From an uncultured Nitrososphaerota archaeon (GTDB lineage: Archaea; Korarchaeota; Korarchaeia; Korarchaeales; Korarchaeaceae), in the NCBI GenBank assembly GCA_964618805.1, contig CAZUBM010000005.1, forward strand, positions 32,094 to 96,093: DNA of 64,000 bases, written 5' to 3'. The notes under the pieces were generated by a model. That model was not told where the DNA came from. It ran no database searches and saw only the letters and a list, made by a program, of their open reading frames with translations. The position numbers and the translations under genes were made by a program. Position 1 is the stretch's first letter; every line of letters begins with the position of its first letter. Below, piece after piece: positions 19,566-29,651 of the stretch.

Positions 19566-20400
19566 TCTGACTGGGGTGAAGGATATTGTAGCTGGCGCAG
19601 TTCTAGTGATTAGGATGTCCAAAATCAACCTTCAAATCTCTCTATACTACCTGAAAAAATCGCTTGTAAACATAGCAGTTACCATACTAAGGATCATCAT
19701 GCGCCTGCTCCCCTTCTCCATCTTAGGAAGGCTGCTGGCAATATCTTATCCAGGTTCTTTACTCCTCGAATTTGTTACCATCGGGTTGGCCTTTAGCGCT
19801 ACGTTGGATGATTCTTTAACGTCTCCTCTCAGATCTTGGAGGCAAAAAGGTATACTAGAGAACCACATGGTCTCAAAACTTGGAATTAGAGGCGCCTTGT
19901 TATCTTATCTCGTCTTTTCATGCTTAAAAGGAGAGTTTATTTTTGCAGCGATACTGACTATAGGCGGATTGATAAATATCGAGCTGTTCCCATCAGGAAA
20001 AACCCTCTTTTCCCTCTTACTCCTCGTTCCATCCATAACTGTCACAGGATTCGGTATAGTGCTCATGTCTATGGGTTATCACCTGAAAACCCAGAAGATA
20101 GTTCCTGTTCCTCTCTACCTTAGATTTGTAACATGGATCTTCGGTGAGGTCTTCTTCCCTCTAGAGAAAATTTCTCCTGCTCTAAGTAGTTTCGGCCAGT
20201 TTGTTCCAACGATCTTCTTGGTCAGAACCCTGAGAGAGGTCTACACAGGAACACTTATTTCCAGTGAGATACTGCTTAGGATCACGCAGACTTACATGCT
20301 GGGTCTGCTGTTCCTCACTATAGGTTTTTTAGCGGTGAGTAAGGGTCTAGAGGAAGCCAGAACCCAAGGAACCACAACAAGAATATTCTTGGGTGTTTAA
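19531..20400 (+). CDS. ABC-2 type permease
   Basis: About 6 hydrophobic segments, FGEVFFPLEKISP...FVPT motif; follows the ABC ATPase. Confidence 0.8.
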   Translation: MGMRMQRLLPSSLTGVKDIVAGAVLVIRMSKINLQISLYYLKKSLVNIAVTILRIIMRLLPFSILGRLLAISYPGSLLLEFVTIGLAFSATLDDSLTSPLRSWRQKGILENHMVSKLGIRGALLSYLVFSCLKGEFIFAAILTIGGLINIELFPSGKTLFSLLLLVPSITVTGFGIVLMSMGYHLKTQKIVPVPLYLRFVTWIFGEVFFPLEKISPALSSFGQFVPTIFLVRTLREVYTGTLISSEILLRITQTYMLGLLFLTIGFLAVSKGLEEARTQGTTTRIFLGV

Positions 20401-21256
20401 AGTGGAGATATCTCAACATAGAATTGTTGCAAAGGTCTCCCTATTTAGGGGAATACTTGAATGGCTAATTTGGAGAAGAAAACTGAGCCTTTACTATCAA
20501 AAATACATTGTACACCACAACATAACCTTTTTCTTGCTGTTCTTAGCGAATTTGCTTCCTTTCTTCGTTTGGAGTAAGGGAACTAATGTAAGATACGATG
20601 GATACAACGTCTTTCATTATGTGGCGCTGGGGATAATTTACTTGTTCTCGGCGGATTACGCTTTGGAGTTTGCGGGTAGGCTCAGGAAGCTGAAGGAGGA
20701 AGGAGAGCTAGAAATAGTGATTTCTTCAAGGATGGGAGTTCCGAGATTCCTCCTGTATAGCATGGTCGATACGTGCATACAATCTACGATATTCATAATC
20801 ATCGTCCTTGTAATCAGTAGCCTTCTTGATCGCTCACTGCTCGCTTCCGTCACACTTAATTCCATCCTCTTCTCTACCATCATCCTCTTGCTGGCAAGCA
20901 TGAGTTGGTTTGGAATCGGCCTGATGCTGGATGCTCCTTTCTTTGTCTGGGAGTACAGAGGAAGGCCTGCAACTATCCTACTCTTGCTTACCGGAGTTTT
21001 CGGCGAGATCTATTTCCCTCTCGAAAATTTATCACCTCGACTTGAGAGAATAGGAGAATTCATCCCATCAATCACGTTTGTGAGATACTTTAGGCAGGCT
21101 TTCTTCAATAATAGGGCAGGAAGTTCTTGCTATATCTTCCTAATAACCATATCAGGATGTCTGACAATTTCTATTCTGCTTATCGGTTTTTCAGCGGTAT
21201 TCAAGGCTATCAGACTTGCTAAGGAGAAGGGTAAGACTGGAAGATCTGTTTTTTAA
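20393..21256 (+). CDS. ABC-2 type permease (paralog of the upstream gene)
   Basis: EEGELEIVISS, FGEIYFPLENLSP...FIPS, multiple TM segments. Confidence 0.8.
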   Translation: MFKVEISQHRIVAKVSLFRGILEWLIWRRKLSLYYQKYIVHHNITFFLLFLANLLPFFVWSKGTNVRYDGYNVFHYVALGIIYLFSADYALEFAGRLRKLKEEGELEIVISSRMGVPRFLLYSMVDTCIQSTIFIIIVLVISSLLDRSLLASVTLNSILFSTIILLLASMSWFGIGLMLDAPFFVWEYRGRPATILLLLTGVFGEIYFPLENLSPRLERIGEFIPSITFVRYFRQAFFNNRAGSSCYIFLITISGCLTISILLIGFSAVFKAIRLAKEKGKTGRSVF

Positions 21257-21454
21257 TGGCAAGCTTTAGCCAAGTTCATAGTCAGGAGCGTACTACAAGC
21301 GGATAATCTAGGCTTTTAAAGACAAAGCAGTATGCTCTGTTGGCGGCATGCTCCGTTGACTGAAATCGCCACGATCTGCCCCGACTTATAAGCCAGGATC
21401 TCAGCGCGCGTGCTTCAACTCTGTACGCTTCACGCTCGCTCTATAACTGGTTTC

Positions 21455-22086
21455 TTACTCGATGCGCGTTATCGTTCTAGAAAAGATCAAAAACCCTTCC
21501 CTCCATTCCTCAAGGTCGTGCCAGATCCGGAGGATCCATGCCTCCCTCCTCAGCGCGGATCCTCAGAGTCCCTTCTCCTTGATTCCCAGACTCCTCGACC
21601 TTCTCAGGCTGGAGGAACTCGGGGAGAAGGGCTTTTATGTCGTCCGTGGAGCGGTAGGTGACCTCAGCCCCCGCACCCTGGGCACTTCGCGGGGAGGCAG
21701 CCCCCTAGACCGAGGGGTGCGAGGTACTCTGCCTTGGTAGAGCAGAAGGGGCACTCGACCTCGTACCCCCTGTACTCATCGTGGATCCTGGCACCACGGC
21801 CCGGGATAGCCCTTACCTCGGAAGCAAAGGGGCCTAGGGACTTGAGGAGCCTTTCCAGAACATCGTCTGGCCCTTTGAGGAGCTCACCCTTGGCTTCGAC
21901 CTCTGACGGTAGCGCGAGCACTACAAAGGCTGGGGACTTCTCCCATCCCTCCCTAGCTAGCGCTTTCAGTATCTCTGGCCTGGCCCTTATCCATAGGATC
22001 TTCCCTCTCCTCTTTATCGGGGAAGTGGTGAGGTAGTTCACCCACCTCTTCCCTGATCTCCTCGTCCACACGGAGGTCAGCTTCAA
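21455..22086 (-). pseudogene. Degraded hypothetical gene with CxxC...CxxC Zn ribbon
   Basis: ORF 21664-22086 ends CPFC...CPGCGG*; removing one G of a G5 run gives CPGCGAEVTYRSTDDIKALLPEF; GC-rich relative to flanks. Confidence 0.45.
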
Positions 22087-22159
22087 CCTTTGGCCCCCTC
22101 CCTTCCCTTCTTCCCCTCCTTACCTTTGTCGTCTGCGATCTGCAGGAAGAGGAGCCCTT

Positions 22160-22681
22160 CTAAGAGTTCTTAGGAAAGCAGGTTTTCATAAAGGCAAGAG
22201 GAAAAGACATGATCTCAGGATTCATTCTCTAAGGAAATTCTTCAGAACCTAACTGGCTGCTTTGGGAATTCCCTCTGATTACATTGAATACATGATGGGC
22301 CATAAACTAAGCACATACCATGACGTTCAGATGAAGGGGGTTGAATTTCTAAGGAATGTTTACGCCTCGGCAAATCTTAAGATATTCCCGAAAGCAAGAA
22401 CGAAAGAGGAAGTCTACGAGGATCTATTAAAGAGATGGTTTAGAATGGCCAAAGAGGAAGGTATAAGCATCACCCCGTCGATGATCGAGAGAATAATTAG
22501 GGAGCTAGAGGGCTCTGAGAAGATTATGCCTGGTGCCACCTTCATAACAGAGGAAGAGGAATCTGAGATATACGCAAGGACCCTATGGGAAATGCTGCGT
22601 GCAGATATCCTATCCAGATTAGTCTCAACACCAGAAAAAGGTATAAACATTAAGTCACATCAACAGCATAGATGCCTCTAG
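22160..22681 (+). pseudogene. Tyrosine recombinase/integrase C-terminal remnant
   Basis: LRKAG...DLRIHSLRKFFRT*LAALGIPSDYIEYMMGHKLSTY: HxxR, MGH and Tyr motifs with in-frame TAA at 22250; N-terminal part absent. Confidence 0.85.
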
Positions 22682-23775
22682 AAACTCCGCTAAAGGAAAT
22701 TCAGGCTAGATTGGGTGCCAAGTTTATAGAATTTGCTGGTTGGAGCTTGCCGATATACTATATTTCACCTCTTAAAGAAACGTTGGCTGTACGTCAGCGC
22801 TGCGGCGTTTTTGATGTATCCCATATGGGAAGGTTTTGGGTAGAGGGAAGGGATGCCGTAAAACTTTTACAGAAAGCAACAACGAATAATATGGACGTAA
22901 GACCAGGAAGAGCTAGATACACGCTCTTTCTTAATGAAAAGGGCGGTATTAAGGATGATGAGGTAATATTAAGACTCGGTGAAGATGTCTTCCTAGAAGT
23001 CACTAACGCGGCAACAAGGAAAAAGATATTCGAGTGGCTTAATTACCTAATAAGTAAGTGGGGTTTCGATGTAAACGTGAAGGACATAACATTTAAGACC
23101 GTAATGTTGGCTGTGCAAGGGCCGAACGCTAAGGAAATTATTGAGCCATATGTCGAAGGAGGCTTGGATCTCAAGAGGTATAGGGGTAAGAAGGTTATTG
23201 CGTTTGATTCCGAGGCCTCGATCTCCAGAACTGGTTATACTGGAGAAGATGGGTATGAGATAATTTTTTGGGATACTGACAAGGCTAAGAAGGCCTTTGA
23301 AATTCTAGTTCGAAAGGAAGGGGTCCAACCGTGTGGACTAGGAGCCAGAGACATACTAAGACTAGAAGCTGGCATGTGTCTCTATGGTAATGATATAGAC
23401 GAGAACATAACTCCCATGGAAGCTCGTTTAGAGTTCGCCGTTGCTATGGAAAAAGACGAATTCATCGGAAAAGAAATTGTTCTAGCCCAAAAAGAAAAAG
23501 GAGTCGAAATTATAAGAGTTGGACTCCTTAGTCTGTCTAGAAGGGCTCCTAGGAAGGGAGACTCTGTTATTTGGGAGAGTAAAGTAGTTGGACGCGTCAC
23601 TAGCGGGACATTTAGTCCAATAGTTGAGAGAGGAATAGCTATGGCTTACGTTCCTACTGAGCTCTCTGAGCCAGGTACGCAGCTAATTGTGAAAAACAAG
23701 GGAGAGATTAAAGTAGAGACGGTTGAAATGCCCTTCTATGATACTACTAAGTATGGAATACGAAGAAAAAGGTGA
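22672..23775 (+). CDS. gcvT: Glycine cleavage system aminomethyltransferase T
   Basis: FAGWSLP, FDVSHMG, AVQGP, SRTGYTGEDGYE, GLGARDILRLEAG. Confidence 0.96.
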   Translation: MPLETPLKEIQARLGAKFIEFAGWSLPIYYISPLKETLAVRQRCGVFDVSHMGRFWVEGRDAVKLLQKATTNNMDVRPGRARYTLFLNEKGGIKDDEVILRLGEDVFLEVTNAATRKKIFEWLNYLISKWGFDVNVKDITFKTVMLAVQGPNAKEIIEPYVEGGLDLKRYRGKKVIAFDSEASISRTGYTGEDGYEIIFWDTDKAKKAFEILVRKEGVQPCGLGARDILRLEAGMCLYGNDIDENITPMEARLEFAVAMEKDEFIGKEIVLAQKEKGVEIIRVGLLSLSRRAPRKGDSVIWESKVVGRVTSGTFSPIVERGIAMAYVPTELSEPGTQLIVKNKGEIKVETVEMPFYDTTKYGIRRKR

Positions 23776-23799
23776 AGAGCTAAAATTAACTTTTTTCAT

Positions 23800-24138
23800 T
23801 TACTTTTCTTTCATCTTTCCTAGGGTAACAAAAGCTACTGTCTTAGCTAGCCTCCTAACCTCTATAATTTTGACAATATCTCCCTCCTTCACTGATATGC
23901 ATGGTGGAATGTGAGCATGAATCTTTCTTCTTCTCCTTTCATATCGCTTGTATTTTGGAACATATCGCAGCCAAGATATTTCAACGCTGATAGTTCCAGT
24001 CATTTTAGTAGAAACAACACGGCCAATTAACGTTCTCTTTCTAAGTGAGATGTTTCCATGCCACGGACATTTATCGTCATCACATTCGACTGATGGCATT
24101 TCTACGTCCTCAATTAAGTAGTCTGGAAGTTTTCTCAT
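23800..24138 (-). CDS. rps17p: 30S ribosomal protein uS17
   Basis: CDDDKCPWHG, GRVVSTKM, PKYKRYERRR..HAH, RRLAKTVAF. Confidence 0.95.
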   Translation of the reverse strand: MRKLPDYLIEDVEMPSVECDDDKCPWHGNISLRKRTLIGRVVSTKMTGTISVEISWLRYVPKYKRYERRRRKIHAHIPPCISVKEGDIVKIIEVRRLAKTVAFVTLGKMKEK

Positions 24139-24395
24139 AATTTCTTCACCCTTTCCTCGGGTCTCCCTAAAATATCTTCGCCGTTAAGTTCAATAACTTT
24201 CCTTCCAAGGGTAAACTCGAACACTCTATACTTTTTAGGTATCCTTCTAATTCCCTTCTCCGTTCTTATGACGAGAATATTCGCAGTTTCATCTATTATT
24301 TCACCAGAGATTCCGATTTGAGTTGGATCAGGGGAAAAAATCACTTTTGTCTTAAGACCTATCAGCTCATGATATGGGAGATCGGATCTTTTCAA
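24135..24395 (-). CDS. rnp1: RNase P protein component 1 (Rpp29)
   Basis: HELIGL, GEIIDETAN, IPK, GRPEER; conserved position between uL29 and uS17. Confidence 0.93.
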   Translation of the reverse strand: MKRSDLPYHELIGLKTKVIFSPDPTQIGISGEIIDETANILVIRTEKGIRRIPKKYRVFEFTLGRKVIELNGEDILGRPEERVKKL

Positions 24396-24408
24396 TCGGC
24401 ACGCCCTC

Positions 24409-24609
24409 TCAAAAGAAGCCCTTTTCTCTCATTATAGTAAGAACTCTAGCTATCTCTCTTTTTATCTCTTTCCTCATATGAGTTTTTTCTAAAGTTCCAA
24501 GTGCAGACTTTGTATTAAGTGAAAATAGCTGCTCTCTTAGCTCTTTAAGTCTAGTTTCAAGCTCCTCCTTGCTCAGATTCCTCAGTTCCTCCGCTTTCAT
24601 CTTCGGCAT
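24409..24609 (-). CDS. rpl29: 50S ribosomal protein uL29
   Basis: KAEELRNLS, KREIARVLT. Confidence 0.93.
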   Translation of the reverse strand: MPKMKAEELRNLSKEELETRLKELREQLFSLNTKSALGTLEKTHMRKEIKREIARVLTIMREKGFF

Positions 24610-25327
24610 TTTCCTCTACCTCCCCAGAAATCTCCTCTTCGACCTTAACCTTTTCAGAAACTTCTTCCTCTTCCATTTTTTCCTCTACTGGGGATATCTC
24701 GGCTAGGATTTTCTCTATCTCTTCCTCTCTGATGTGAGGTTTACCAGGTAACTTCATTCCTGGCTTTGCAATCCTTACCCTTATACCCATTGAGCCTTGT
24801 GGTAATAATATATTTCTTACAGCATACTCTACATGCTCTAGATAGTCTCCACCACAGCGATAGATGACTCCTGCTCTAAACCTGTCTTCTCTAGCTCTTT
24901 TTCCAAACTTTCCGGAGATCCTTATCTCCACTCCCTCAGCTCCAGCCATCATAACTCTTCGAAGTGCTGCAAAGGCCACCCTTCTATGCCTTTCTCCTTT
25001 CAATATCCTTCTAGCTATGTAATTAGCGACTATCTGCGCGCTTAGAAACGGTTCTTCTACCTTCTCTATCCTAAGATACGGGTTTTTGAACCCAAATTCT
25101 CTCCTCATAGTCTCGGTTATCTCTTTAATCCTCTTGCCGCCCTTTCCAATTGCAATACCTGGGCGATCAGCATATATTGTTACAACTTCTCTTATCGGCG
25201 TTTTAACCACATCTACTTTATGGAATCCAGCTGTTCTGAGAGCAGATTCAAAGAATTCTTGAAGTCTTGCTTTGAGCCATCCTTCCTCAACAATTCGTTT
25301 ATAAATAGGCTTTGCTCGCCCGCTCAT
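24557..25327 (-). CDS. rps3: 30S ribosomal protein uS3
   Basis: RPGIAIGKGG KH motif, GAEGVEIRISGK, QGSMGIRVRI; acidic tail overlapping uL29 start. Confidence 0.95.
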   Translation of the reverse strand: MSGRAKPIYKRIVEEGWLKARLQEFFESALRTAGFHKVDVVKTPIREVVTIYADRPGIAIGKGGKRIKEITETMRREFGFKNPYLRIEKVEEPFLSAQIVANYIARRILKGERHRRVAFAALRRVMMAGAEGVEIRISGKFGKRAREDRFRAGVIYRCGGDYLEHVEYAVRNILLPQGSMGIRVRIAKPGMKLPGKPHIREEEIEKILAEISPVEEKMEEEEVSEKVKVEEEISGEVEENAEDESGGTEESEQGGA

Positions 25328-25797
25328 TTTCTCTCCTCCACTACGATCTCTACATGAACGAGTTGTTCTATCTTCGGAGTTGCACGCCCAAATGCCCTTG
25401 GAAAGAACCTTCTCAACTTTGGACCTTTATGAGCGGCTGCATGTTTTATATATAGATATTCTGCTTCTAATCCCTTATTTGTTGCGTTGTATTCCACATT
25501 TTTTAGAATTTTAAGTACTATCTTGGCCGCTTTAACAGGATACCTTCCTATTTTCCACCCTTGAAGCTGTTTTCTGTGGCCAACGCCTTTCACATATCTT
25601 TTGAATGGTATCGGTCTCTTTAGAGAGATCACGTCTTCTAGAAGCTGTTTCGCCTTATCTAACTTTAATCCCCTAATAGCAGCTAGAAGCTCAACTATCT
25701 CCTTGTAAGAGACTCTAAGATCTCTCCCTGATGCTCGTGCTTCGTTGTCTTTAAGTTCTTGATATGAATATCCAAATGATGGCAATGTGCATCCCAT
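25324..25797 (-). CDS. rpl22: 50S ribosomal protein uL22
   Basis: GRYPVKAA, PRAFGRA, HVEIVVEE. Confidence 0.95.
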   Translation of the reverse strand: MGCTLPSFGYSYQELKDNEARASGRDLRVSYKEIVELLAAIRGLKLDKAKQLLEDVISLKRPIPFKRYVKGVGHRKQLQGWKIGRYPVKAAKIVLKILKNVEYNATNKGLEAEYLYIKHAAAHKGPKLRRFFPRAFGRATPKIEQLVHVEIVVEERK

Positions 25798-25989
25798 AAT
25801 CCCGAATATGGTTCGCTGGACAACTCTTGGCCTTTGTATTTAAAAGTTAAACCTTTTTCAGAGTTCCATTTTGATTAGAGATCTACCTATTTCAGAGCGC
25901 CCTACGAATGACTTTGGCAAATATCCTAGTTTCTTTTCGTATCTATATATTCAAATCCGCACTAGTAGCTCTAAGTAGGCTAAATATAA

Positions 25990-26013
25990 GAGAATTATTT
26001 CGAAATAATTCTC
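25990..26013. repeat. Perfect 24-bp palindrome in intergenic region
   Basis: GAGAATTATTTCGAAATAATTCTC equals its own reverse complement. Confidence 0.9.
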
Positions 26014-26071
26014 AGAATCTCCTTTCGATAAAAAGGGGAATACCTTTGAGCTGATGTAGAACGGTGCTCTT

Positions 26072-27043
26072 TTACTTAAGGAAGGAGGATTTTGGTAATT
26101 TTATTTTAAGAAATTTTGTTACAACCATGATAGTTACGATCACGAGCGATAGTACTATCGAAAGCCATGCAAATAGAGAGAAACTTACTTCGTTTAGGTA
26201 TAATATTACTGTATCCTTATTAATTGGAACAAAAAGTATCTCAGCATGCCGTGGAGTTAGTAGTGTGGCCTCAGGATCTGACTTAACGAGTTGTAGAGAG
26301 CTATGGGTCAGATTTACCTTAAGCATTGTAACAGTATCGGATGGAAAAAATTTCACGATTGGTGTTAGATCAATAATAAGATATCCCTCTTCTTTTGACG
26401 GCGGAATGGATGAAGTCGTTAAGTTCATTGAATAAGTTATGGCATAGAGAGTTTCAGAGACTCTTCTTGCAACAAACGTCAAATTAAGTGATTCTATGAA
26501 TTCAGCCGAGCTTTCAACCGTTGCATTTATCATTAGTGTAGTTACGGTAAAATTACCATGAACTACTGATGTTATGTTTACATCTCTAAGCTCTGTTTCT
26601 ATTCCATAGTACACTAGCATGTCCTCCCCATATAAGACTGCAAGTAGGTCAACTATTCTGGACTTAGTGAGCAGGTTTCTAGCCTGATACTCCTTTATAA
26701 TATCAGGTCTGACCTCTCTTGGATTTAATCTGGGATATATTACAGCAGTTAGCTCCCCTCTAAGCTTGTCGTCACTTTCACCTCTCTCAATAGATAAGTT
26801 ACTAACATATACTAAATCTGAGGATAGAGGTATCCCTCTGGTAAGATATGAAGCTATTTCCCATGGTCGAATAGGTTTATTCCAAATTCCTCTCAACTCC
26901 ATCGAATTGTCTTCAAGTATTATTAGATCTGCAACATTTTCTCCAAAAGTTAGGGGTTGAGCCTGTGTTTGGAGGAGAAGAATGGTTAGGGAAAATAGGA
27001 GTACTGCAGTCAGTTGTTTTATGGAATTTCCCACATTTATCAC
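26072..27043 (-). CDS. Hypothetical secreted protein with C-terminal membrane anchor
   Basis: N-terminal signal-like segment, several N-x-S/T sequons, C-terminal TM followed by basic tail. Confidence 0.7.
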   Translation of the reverse strand: MINVGNSIKQLTAVLLFSLTILLLQTQAQPLTFGENVADLIILEDNSMELRGIWNKPIRPWEIASYLTRGIPLSSDLVYVSNLSIERGESDDKLRGELTAVIYPRLNPREVRPDIIKEYQARNLLTKSRIVDLLAVLYGEDMLVYYGIETELRDVNITSVVHGNFTVTTLMINATVESSAEFIESLNLTFVARRVSETLYAITYSMNLTTSSIPPSKEEGYLIIDLTPIVKFFPSDTVTMLKVNLTHSSLQLVKSDPEATLLTPRHAEILFVPINKDTVILYLNEVSFSLFAWLSIVLSLVIVTIMVVTKFLKIKLPKSSFLK

Positions 27044-27119
27044 CTATCCTCTTGCCAGATTCAATTCCATATTAAAAGATAGTTTTGTAAATTTACCTAT
27101 GTGAATCCTAAAAAGCACG

Positions 27120-29651
27120 ATGGGAGACTTTGATATCAGTGTTAGAATGAGTCGAGATGCATACTTACTCTCGGTAGATTACGAGGGAAAATCCAAGGCT
27201 GCAAGACTCAAGTTTTTTGACCCAGAGAAACAAGAGATATTTTTCATGGTTGATTGGACCGGGCACAGACCTTATCTTTTAACGGATGCTCCTCCAGAAA
27301 GAATTAAGGAGATTCTCGGACAAAATCTCATGTCTAGAGTTTGTTCAGTTTCTACAATCAGTAAGTTCAATGTGTTAGAGGACAGAGAGGTAGTGCTGAC
27401 TAAAATAGAGGCAAAGGATCCTCTGGCAATAGGTGGATCATCAAACAACATTAGAGAGACGCTTCGATCCCAGGGTTATCGCGTGTGGGAAGCAAACATC
27501 AAGTACTACAACTGCTACATATATGACACAGAACTGGAACCTGGAGCTCTGTATACGATAGATGGTCCTAACAAGATAGAGGTTTCATGCAGATTTGAGG
27601 CCGAAGATCAGAGAATAATTGAGCTTCTGTCCGGCGGAAAAGAGGAATTAGAATTTGCAAAGCGTCTTATCCCCCTTCTAAGACAACCAGCTCCTAAATT
27701 GAAGATCTTAGCTTTAGATATAGAAGTAGCGTCTCCAAGGGGAATGATTGCAAGATCAAAAGATGCTAAATGGCCAATAATCTCTGTTTCACTCAGTGGA
27801 AACGATGGGTTAAAAGAGGTCCATATTTTGAGGAGAGGAAGAGCTCCCAAGAAAAGCGAAACTCGACTGGGAGCAAAAATAATAGTTCATGAGCAAGAAG
27901 AAGAACTAATTAAGGAAGTTTTTAGCGTGATTAGATCCTATCCGTTGATTTTAACATTTAATGGTGATGATTTTGATCTTCCTTACCTAGCAGAAAGAGC
28001 AAAAGAACTTGGAATCGAGTCCAATATAATAAAGAAGGAGAGAGACAAAGTTACTGTAGAGACAGGGGTTCATATAGATCTCTATAAGCTATTCAGAAAT
28101 TCTTCCATCAGAGTATACATATTTAACAACGCCTACATAGGATCTACTCTCGATGAGATAGCAGAAGCGTTATTAAATGAAAGAAAAATAGAAGTGGATA
28201 AATCAAACATTCCAGAACTCCCTCCTGAACAATTAGCAGAATATTCCTTTCAAGATGCTTATTTAACATTAAAACTAGGTACAATAGATAACAATTCTTT
28301 GATTAGACTTCTGTTTGTCTTTTCGAGAATCTCAAAACTTACTATAGAGGATGTAGCAAGATATGGTATCTCTAAATGGATTTCGAACATGATATTTTAT
28401 GAATATCGAAGGCGTGGTTGGTTAATACCAAACCCTGAAGAGATTCGAATGATTCGAGGAGAAGAAACCTTCAGCAAGGCAGTTATTGAAGGAAAAAAGT
28501 ATAAGGGAGCGCTTGTATTAGAACCCGTTCCAGGCCCCCATTTCAATGTTGCTGTACTAGATTTTGCTAGCATGTACCCTAGCATTATTGGAACTTGGAG
28601 AATAAGCTTTGAAACTATAAATTGTCCACATGAAAGTTGTAAAACAAATAGACCAGTTGAAGAGCTTCCTCATTGGGTTTGTAGAAGAGGACTAGGGATA
28701 ATCCCAGATTTAATCAAAACTATAAGAGATCTTAGGGTCAAATGGTATAAGAAGATAGAGAAGGATCCAACAAGAAGCCCCTTGGAAAGAGATTGGTATG
28801 GAGCAGTTCAGAGGGGATTAAAGGTACTTCTTAATGCGTCATACGGAGTCTTTGGCTATGAAAACTTCCCACTATATTCCCCACCAACTGCAGAAATGAT
28901 CACTGCAATAGGAAGGAAGGCAATTCTGTCTTCCATAGAGGAAGCTGAAAAGGCGGGGTTAAGAGTAATCTATGGCGATACGGATAGCTTGTTCATCGAA
29001 AATGCCCCGCAAGAAAAAATTGAGGAGCTGTGTAGGAAGATAAATGAGAAGCTAGGGATAGAATTGGAACTAGACAAGGTTTACAGATATGTTATCCTGT
29101 CTGAACTCAAGAAAAATTATCTTGGAATTCTTGAAGATGGGAGTGTTGAAATAAAGGGCTTGTTGGGGAAGAAGAGAAACATCCCTGCCTTTGTCAGAAG
29201 AGCATTTGAAAATGTGATTTCCATACTTAAGGATGTTAGAAATAAGGAAGATCTTGAAAATGCTAAACAAAGGATATTTGAAGTCATAAGAGGCTGGTGC
29301 AAGAAGCTTGAGAGAGGTGAGTTCTCCCTTCAAGAGGTTGCCTTCGAGGTTATGCTAACTAAGCCTACTAGTGGTTATGTCAAAACTACGCCTCAACACG
29401 TAAAGGCCGCTATGATGCTAGAAAAGAAGAAAGGCATAAGGATTCCGCCTGGAGCTGTCATTTCTTTCGTTAAGACTAAAGATAAGAATGGAGTCAAGCC
29501 TGTAGAGTTTGCAACAAAAGAAGATTTAGATTTAGATAAATATTTGGAGATCATGGAAACTACTTTTGGTCAACTGTTGGGCGCCCTTGGAACTAGCTTT
29601 AGAGAAGTTGTTTCAGGAGTTAGGAGGAGCTCCCTTGTGGATTACTTCTAA
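27120..29651 (+). CDS. polB1: Family B DNA polymerase, B1 type
   Basis: ALDIEV, TFNGDDFDLPY, DFASMYPSI, KVLLNASYG, YGDTDS, KKNY; B1-type N-terminus YLLSVDYEG..LKFFD, HRPYLL. Confidence 0.93.
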   Translation: MGDFDISVRMSRDAYLLSVDYEGKSKAARLKFFDPEKQEIFFMVDWTGHRPYLLTDAPPERIKEILGQNLMSRVCSVSTISKFNVLEDREVVLTKIEAKDPLAIGGSSNNIRETLRSQGYRVWEANIKYYNCYIYDTELEPGALYTIDGPNKIEVSCRFEAEDQRIIELLSGGKEELEFAKRLIPLLRQPAPKLKILALDIEVASPRGMIARSKDAKWPIISVSLSGNDGLKEVHILRRGRAPKKSETRLGAKIIVHEQEEELIKEVFSVIRSYPLILTFNGDDFDLPYLAERAKELGIESNIIKKERDKVTVETGVHIDLYKLFRNSSIRVYIFNNAYIGSTLDEIAEALLNERKIEVDKSNIPELPPEQLAEYSFQDAYLTLKLGTIDNNSLIRLLFVFSRISKLTIEDVARYGISKWISNMIFYEYRRRGWLIPNPEEIRMIRGEETFSKAVIEGKKYKGALVLEPVPGPHFNVAVLDFASMYPSIIGTWRISFETINCPHESCKTNRPVEELPHWVCRRGLGIIPDLIKTIRDLRVKWYKKIEKDPTRSPLERDWYGAVQRGLKVLLNASYGVFGYENFPLYSPPTAEMITAIGRKAILSSIEEAEKAGLRVIYGDTDSLFIENAPQEKIEELCRKINEKLGIELELDKVYRYVILSELKKNYLGILEDGSVEIKGLLGKKRNIPAFVRRAFENVISILKDVRNKEDLENAKQRIFEVIRGWCKKLERGEFSLQEVAFEVMLTKPTSGYVKTTPQHVKAAMMLEKKKGIRIPPGAVISFVKTKDKNGVKPVEFATKEDLDLDKYLEIMETTFGQLLGALGTSFREVVSGVRRSSLVDYF

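Larger units (their letters stand above)
18300..22681. mobile_element. Decayed integrated element / accessory island
   Basis: Integrase remnant, several frameshifted or fragmentary genes, local GC increase, inserted between core genes glcD-like and gcvT; boundaries approximate, no att repeats seen. Confidence 0.55.

Noticed and set aside
21315-21450. Hjc/PD-(D/E)xK-like scrap AEILAYKSGQIVAISV on the minus strand
   Set aside because: Too short, catalytic residues absent, no start codon
27120-29651. Intein in PolB
   Set aside because: Length and motif spacing are normal with no intein insertion
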